Shown: piece by piece, positions 59,832 to 64,000 of the stretch
Numbering within the stretch: the stretch's first letter is position 1
Layout: every line of letters starts with the position of its first letter
Assembly (NCBI GenBank): GCA_038087875.1
Contig: CM075998.1
Location: forward strand, 6,326,001-6,390,000
Length of the DNA: 64,000 nucleotides
Direction: 5' to 3'
Source: Malacoraja senta
Taxonomy: Eukaryota
The notes under the pieces: generated by a model
Seen by the model: only the letters and a program-made list of their open reading frames with translations
Database searches by the model: none
Told to the model about the DNA's origin: nothing
Made by a program: the position numbers and the translations under genes

Positions 59832-61414
59832 AGGGCCTGTTCCACTTAGGCGATTTTATAGGCGACTGCCAGCGGCTGTCATAGTCGTAAGCAGGTCACC
59901 GAAAAACTAGCGACTGGACCCACCTACGACAAGCTACAACCTACGACCTGGTCGACGTCAAGCTACGGCAAGCTACCGACAACTGGCGACCCATTAGGAC
60001 ATCCACCTACGACCACACCTACAACAACCTACGACCACCTACATGACAACCAAAGTCAACCTACGTCCACCCGCGACAAGCTACGACAAGCAACGACCCT
60101 GTCGGCAACAAATGAGGACAACTCAAGACAATTCACGTTATTCTGGCCTCCAAAACAATGGAATCACCCAGTTTTCCTATAAAAGGGGTTGTAGGTTAGG
60201 GGTTCCAATCATTCTGCATCATGACTACAATGGAGCAACATCAGAGGGCATTGCTCTCACAAGAAGAAGAAGCCCTGCTGCTTGCAGCAGCCCTCGTGCT
60301 TAAAGATCAGCAAGACAGAAGGACAAGAAGAATGGGGAAGAAGACGCCCAAGAAGAGGTCTGTGTGGTTGAAGCCCTTGTCCCTGAAGAGACCCAGGTGG
60401 GGCTGGTATGGCAACCTGATGACTGAGCTCCAGCAAGAAGATGAGGCTGCCTTCAGAAACTTCACTAGGCTCCCCCCTGAGCTGTTTCAGGAGCTGAAGA
60501 CACGAGAGGGCCCTCTCCTGGAGAAAAAGGAGACCTTCGTGAGGAAGCCACTGGAACCAGACCTGCGCCTAGCCATCACCCTCCGCTACCTGGCATCAGG
60601 AGACTCCTACAATAGCCTCTCCTACAGCTTTCTTGTGGCCCACAACACCATCAGCAAGGTTGTCAGAGAGATCTGTGAGGCCATCATCAATGCTTATGAA
60701 GATGAAATCATGGACTGCCCTAGTACACCAGATGAGTGGAAGAGAGTGGCGCAGGGCTTTGATACCAGATGGAACTTCCAACACACATATGGGGCAGTTG
60801 ACAGCAAGCATGTGGCCATCCCGTGTCCACCCAAGGGACGTTCTATGTACTTCAACTACAAGAAGTTCCATTCCATCGTACTCATAGATGTGGTGGATGC
60901 AAACTATAACTTCTTGTTTGTGGATGTGGGCACACCTGGCAGTGTCGCAGATGGTTGGACCTGGAGAGAGACCTCCCTTGGTCAAGCACTGGAAGAAGGA
61001 AGAGCAGGTTTTCCTGATCCAGAACCTCTGCCAGAAGAAGACAACCCTGACATCCGCTACGCACTGGTTGGTGATGACGCCTTCCCACTCAGAACATGGA
61101 TGATGAAGCCATACCCTCACAGGGTATGTCAAGGAAGCAGAGGATCTTCAACTACAGACTGTCCAGGGCTAGGAGGGTCGTGGAAAATGTCCAATGTCCC
61201 CAACACAAAATGCACAATGTCCACACACTATAGTCGCATGACAACGTAAAGCGTTTCCCACGGAGGCGCCACTGACGTAGACTGGCGTAGCTAGTCGCGT
61301 CAACTGTCGCCGATGGTCACCAGCTGTCGTAGGTTGTCGCCGGTTCGGTCGTAGCTTGTCGTCGATGGTCATACATTGTCGTTGATTGTCGCCGATATAG
61401 GCATAGATGGATTT
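59832..61414 (+). mobile_element. PIF/Harbinger transposon (internally deleted; right end expected beyond the Gypsy, outside the window)
   Basis: TAA|AGGGCCTGTTCCACTTAGGCG TIR; cctacgac subterminal repeats, inverted at 61300-61395; transposase ORF. Confidence 0.9.
60221..61249 (+). pseudogene. Harbinger (HARBI1-like, DDE_Tnp_4) transposase, C-terminally frameshifted and truncated
   Basis: LAITLRYLASGDSY; GAVDSKHV; YFNYKKFHSIVL..VVDANYNF..VDVG.PG..ADG; VGDDAFPL..WMMKPYP. Confidence 0.93.
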
Positions 61415-64000
61415 TGTGATATATATGCAAATGTGCCTGTACCTCTTGACTGAGGTCAGGTGACCTTCTAGAAGTTTCCATTGGTTGTTCAGATTAAATC
61501 TTACTTACAAGATGGCGGATGTGTATTCATTGTGCTTGTCACAACAGGGCCTTACAGGCAACATTACATGGTGTCGAAGTGGGAAAAAAAACGAAAGAAA
61601 AGAATGGCAGGACTCAATCCTCCGGGGCCACTCTCCATGCAAGGAAACTTGGCCAAGAATTATAAGGACTGGATAAGGGCATTCCAGCTGTACGAGACGG
61701 CAACAGAACTGACGGGTAATCCTGAAAAGATTTGGTGTGCAACATTTCTCCACGTGGCTGGACCAGCAGCTCAGGAGCTTTATGAGACCTTTCGGTTCAC
61801 CCCTGAGGAAAGTGACAAAATACAACCGCTGAAGAATACGTTTCGGACATACTGTGAACCAAAAAAGAACCTAACTGTCACAAGATACTTATTTAATACA
61901 CGTAATCAGTGGCGAGGGGAGACCTTCTCCAGCTACCTGACTGCAGTGAAGTCTTTAGCTAATGATTGCGAGTTTGGCATTATACATGACTCGTTGCTGC
62001 GAGATAGAATCGTCTGCGGCATCACCAGCCAGCCGCTCCGAGAGAAACTTCTACAATGCGATGATTTAACACTGGAAAAATGCAGTGACATGTGTATGAT
62101 CGCAGAAGCATCAGCCGAGCATGTGAAGCAGATTGCCCCAACCGCCATCGACACTGAAGAGACAGTTGATTACGTGAAACGGGACAGCGCCAGTCGGCCA
62201 TGGGGCCGAGGCAGGGATTCGCGACCCAGACAGCCACAGACAGAAATCCGTGATTCGGGTGAAGATACCGTCTGCCGGTCATGCAACCGCGGCCATAATG
62301 GCAACTACTGCCCCGCTCAGTACATGAGATGTTATACCTGCGGAGAGATTGGACATTTTTCCAGATCCCCGACTGCCTGGTAAATAGAGCGCCCAACAGC
62401 CGCCCACGTCCCCGACAACATGACCGGCTAATCAGACAAAAGGCCGGGGACTGGAGCCGTGACGTCCGCGACGTCGAGTTCCAGATGAACACTTCACCGC
62501 TGCCTGAGCCAGTGGACGACGACGTTGATGTATTCTACATTGACGCCATGATTGACGTCGTTATTGAGTCGACGCGTGAATGGGGACAGATGTGCAGCAT
62601 CAACAATGTGAACATTGAGTTCAAACTCGACTCTGGCGCTCAAGTCGACATCCTGCCAGAGCACTTGTTCAGAAAGACTGGTCTTGCCTTACTGAACACG
62701 AACGTGACACTGAGGTCATACTCTGGACATACAATGAAGCCTGTGGGGCAGGCAAAAGGGAAACGTCAAAGTAGGTAAGAAAGAATATAGGGTGGTCTTT
62801 CAAATCGTGGAGGAGAATGTGAAACCCATATTTGGGAAACTAACGTGTGAAAAGTTAGGTCTTCTTGTGCGAAAGGAAGCGGTTGATGGCGTGAGTGCGA
62901 GCCCATCATACACTGCGAGGATCAGTGAGGAAAACCGCGAGATTTTCCAAGGGCTGGGAAGGCTAAAAAGACATGAATACACCATAGCGCTGCAAGGGAA
63001 CGTGCAACCTAAGCAAAACCCACCCCGCACTATCCCCTATAAGATCAGGGATAAGGTCAAAGCCGAATTAGAGCGCATGGAAAGCTTGGGAGTCATAAAG
63101 CCCGTGAGTGAACCGACAGATTGGGTGAATTCAATGACTGTGGTTAGCAAGCCTAATGGCGAAGCCCGCATATGCCTTGACCCATGTGACCTCAATGCGG
63201 CCATTCGTAGGGAGCATTTCCCGATGCCGACGTTCGAGAACATTGCAGCCCGCATGCCGAAGGCAGAATGGTTCTCGAAGATTTGACGCTACAAGTGGGT
63301 ACTGGCAGTTCCCACTGAGCGATGACAGCTCGCGTCTGACCACATTTAATACTCCCTTTGGGAGATACCGATACCTCGTGCTTCCATTTGGAATCTCATC
63401 CGCAAGTGAGATTTGGCAGCGGGCGATGCAGGAAGAGTTCGGCGATTTAGAAGGGGTGGAGATAGTCGTTGACGACATTCTCGTTTGGGGTGTGAATGCA
63501 GCACAACATGACGTAAGGGTGAAAGCCCTACTCGAACGGGTGAAAGAATCAGGCCTAAAGCTCAATCCCAGAAAGTCGGTTATGCGCTCAAATGAGATTG
63601 AATATGTGGGACACGTCATCTCGAAAGCAGGCGTGTCACCAAGCCCATCTCGTGTCAGCAGCATGCTACAAATGCCATACCCGACAAACAAGGCTGAAGT
63701 GCAAACGTTCTTGGGGATGGTGACATACATGGCCAAGTTTATTCCAAACCTTTCGGAGATAACCGCCCCACTTAGACAGCTAACAGAAAAGGGAGTAGCG
63801 TGACATTTTGAGCAGAAGCACAGACAGGCAGTAGAGCAGCTGAAGTCTCTACTCACATCGCCACCCGTACTCAAACTGTATGATGTGAACGCGCCCGTTT
63901 CAATTGCCACAGATGCTTCCAACAGCGGATTTGGAGCGGTCCTAATGCAATACGAGAGACCTGTTGCCTACGCTTCACGACGTGTGAACGCGGCTGAGCG
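61415..64000 (+). mobile_element. Second Mag-like Gypsy LTR retrotransposon (5' part; runs off right edge)
   Basis: Putative LTR 61415-61568 (TG...CA); primer-binding-site-like TGGTGTCGAAGTGGG at 61569; gag from ATG 61604; KLDSGA; DATSGYWQ...LPFGISSASE...VDDIL; TDAS. Confidence 0.92.
61604..64000 (+). pseudogene. Gypsy gag-pol (frameshifted)
   Basis: MAGLNPPGPL..GNLAKNYKDW; LRDRIVCGI; CPAQYMRCYTCGEIGHF; protease; RT; start of RNase H. Confidence 0.9.

Noticed and set aside
59900..60135. CRISPR-like short repeats (also 47320-47550 and 23159-23681)
   Set aside because: Irregular 8-15 bp subterminal motifs of DNA transposons, without constant repeats, unique spacers or cas genes.
60221..61249. 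Domesticated HARBI1 or similar host gene
   Set aside because: Sits inside a TIR with TAA flank and subterminal repeats, is intronless and is frameshifted before the last catalytic residue; it is a transposon copy.

Overview
Eukaryotic, repeat-saturated DNA. The CR1 LINEs, HE1-type V-SINEs and Penelope/DIRS families suggest an elasmobranch (skate or ray); this is inferred. I could not identify an intact host gene, and nearly all of the long ORFs belong to transposons, often nested several levels deep. Main contents: (1) a DIRS1-type tyrosine-recombinase retroelement (4524-8924) inserted into a related DIRS (3465-13234); (2) a CR1 fragment interrupted by a Rex1/Babar LINE, itself interrupted by a Mag-like Gypsy element with both LTRs and a 5-bp target-site duplication (TSD); (3) two deletion derivatives of a DNA transposon with TAGC...GCTA ends, the complete one with a 7-bp TSD (hATw-like), one keeping the C-terminal and the other the N-terminal part of its ORF; (4) a near-complete Neptune-type Penelope, plus many dispersed hammerhead-motif repeats; (5) six Harbinger MITEs with TWA flanks and a transposase-coding Harbinger with matching ends; (6) a 9-bp-TSD MULE-like foldback; (7) a second Gypsy running off the right edge. 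The most notable observation is a pair of non-autonomous Helitrons (44105-46358, minus strand; A|TC...CTAG|T ends with a 3' hairpin and no TSD). One carries a fragment of a host HtrA protease exon closest to HTRA2 (YNFIGDVMEKTGPAVVYIEIL plus a GTGAG donor), which points to Helitron gene-fragment capture. All similarity calls are from recalled motifs, not database searches, and boundaries of degraded repeats are approximate.
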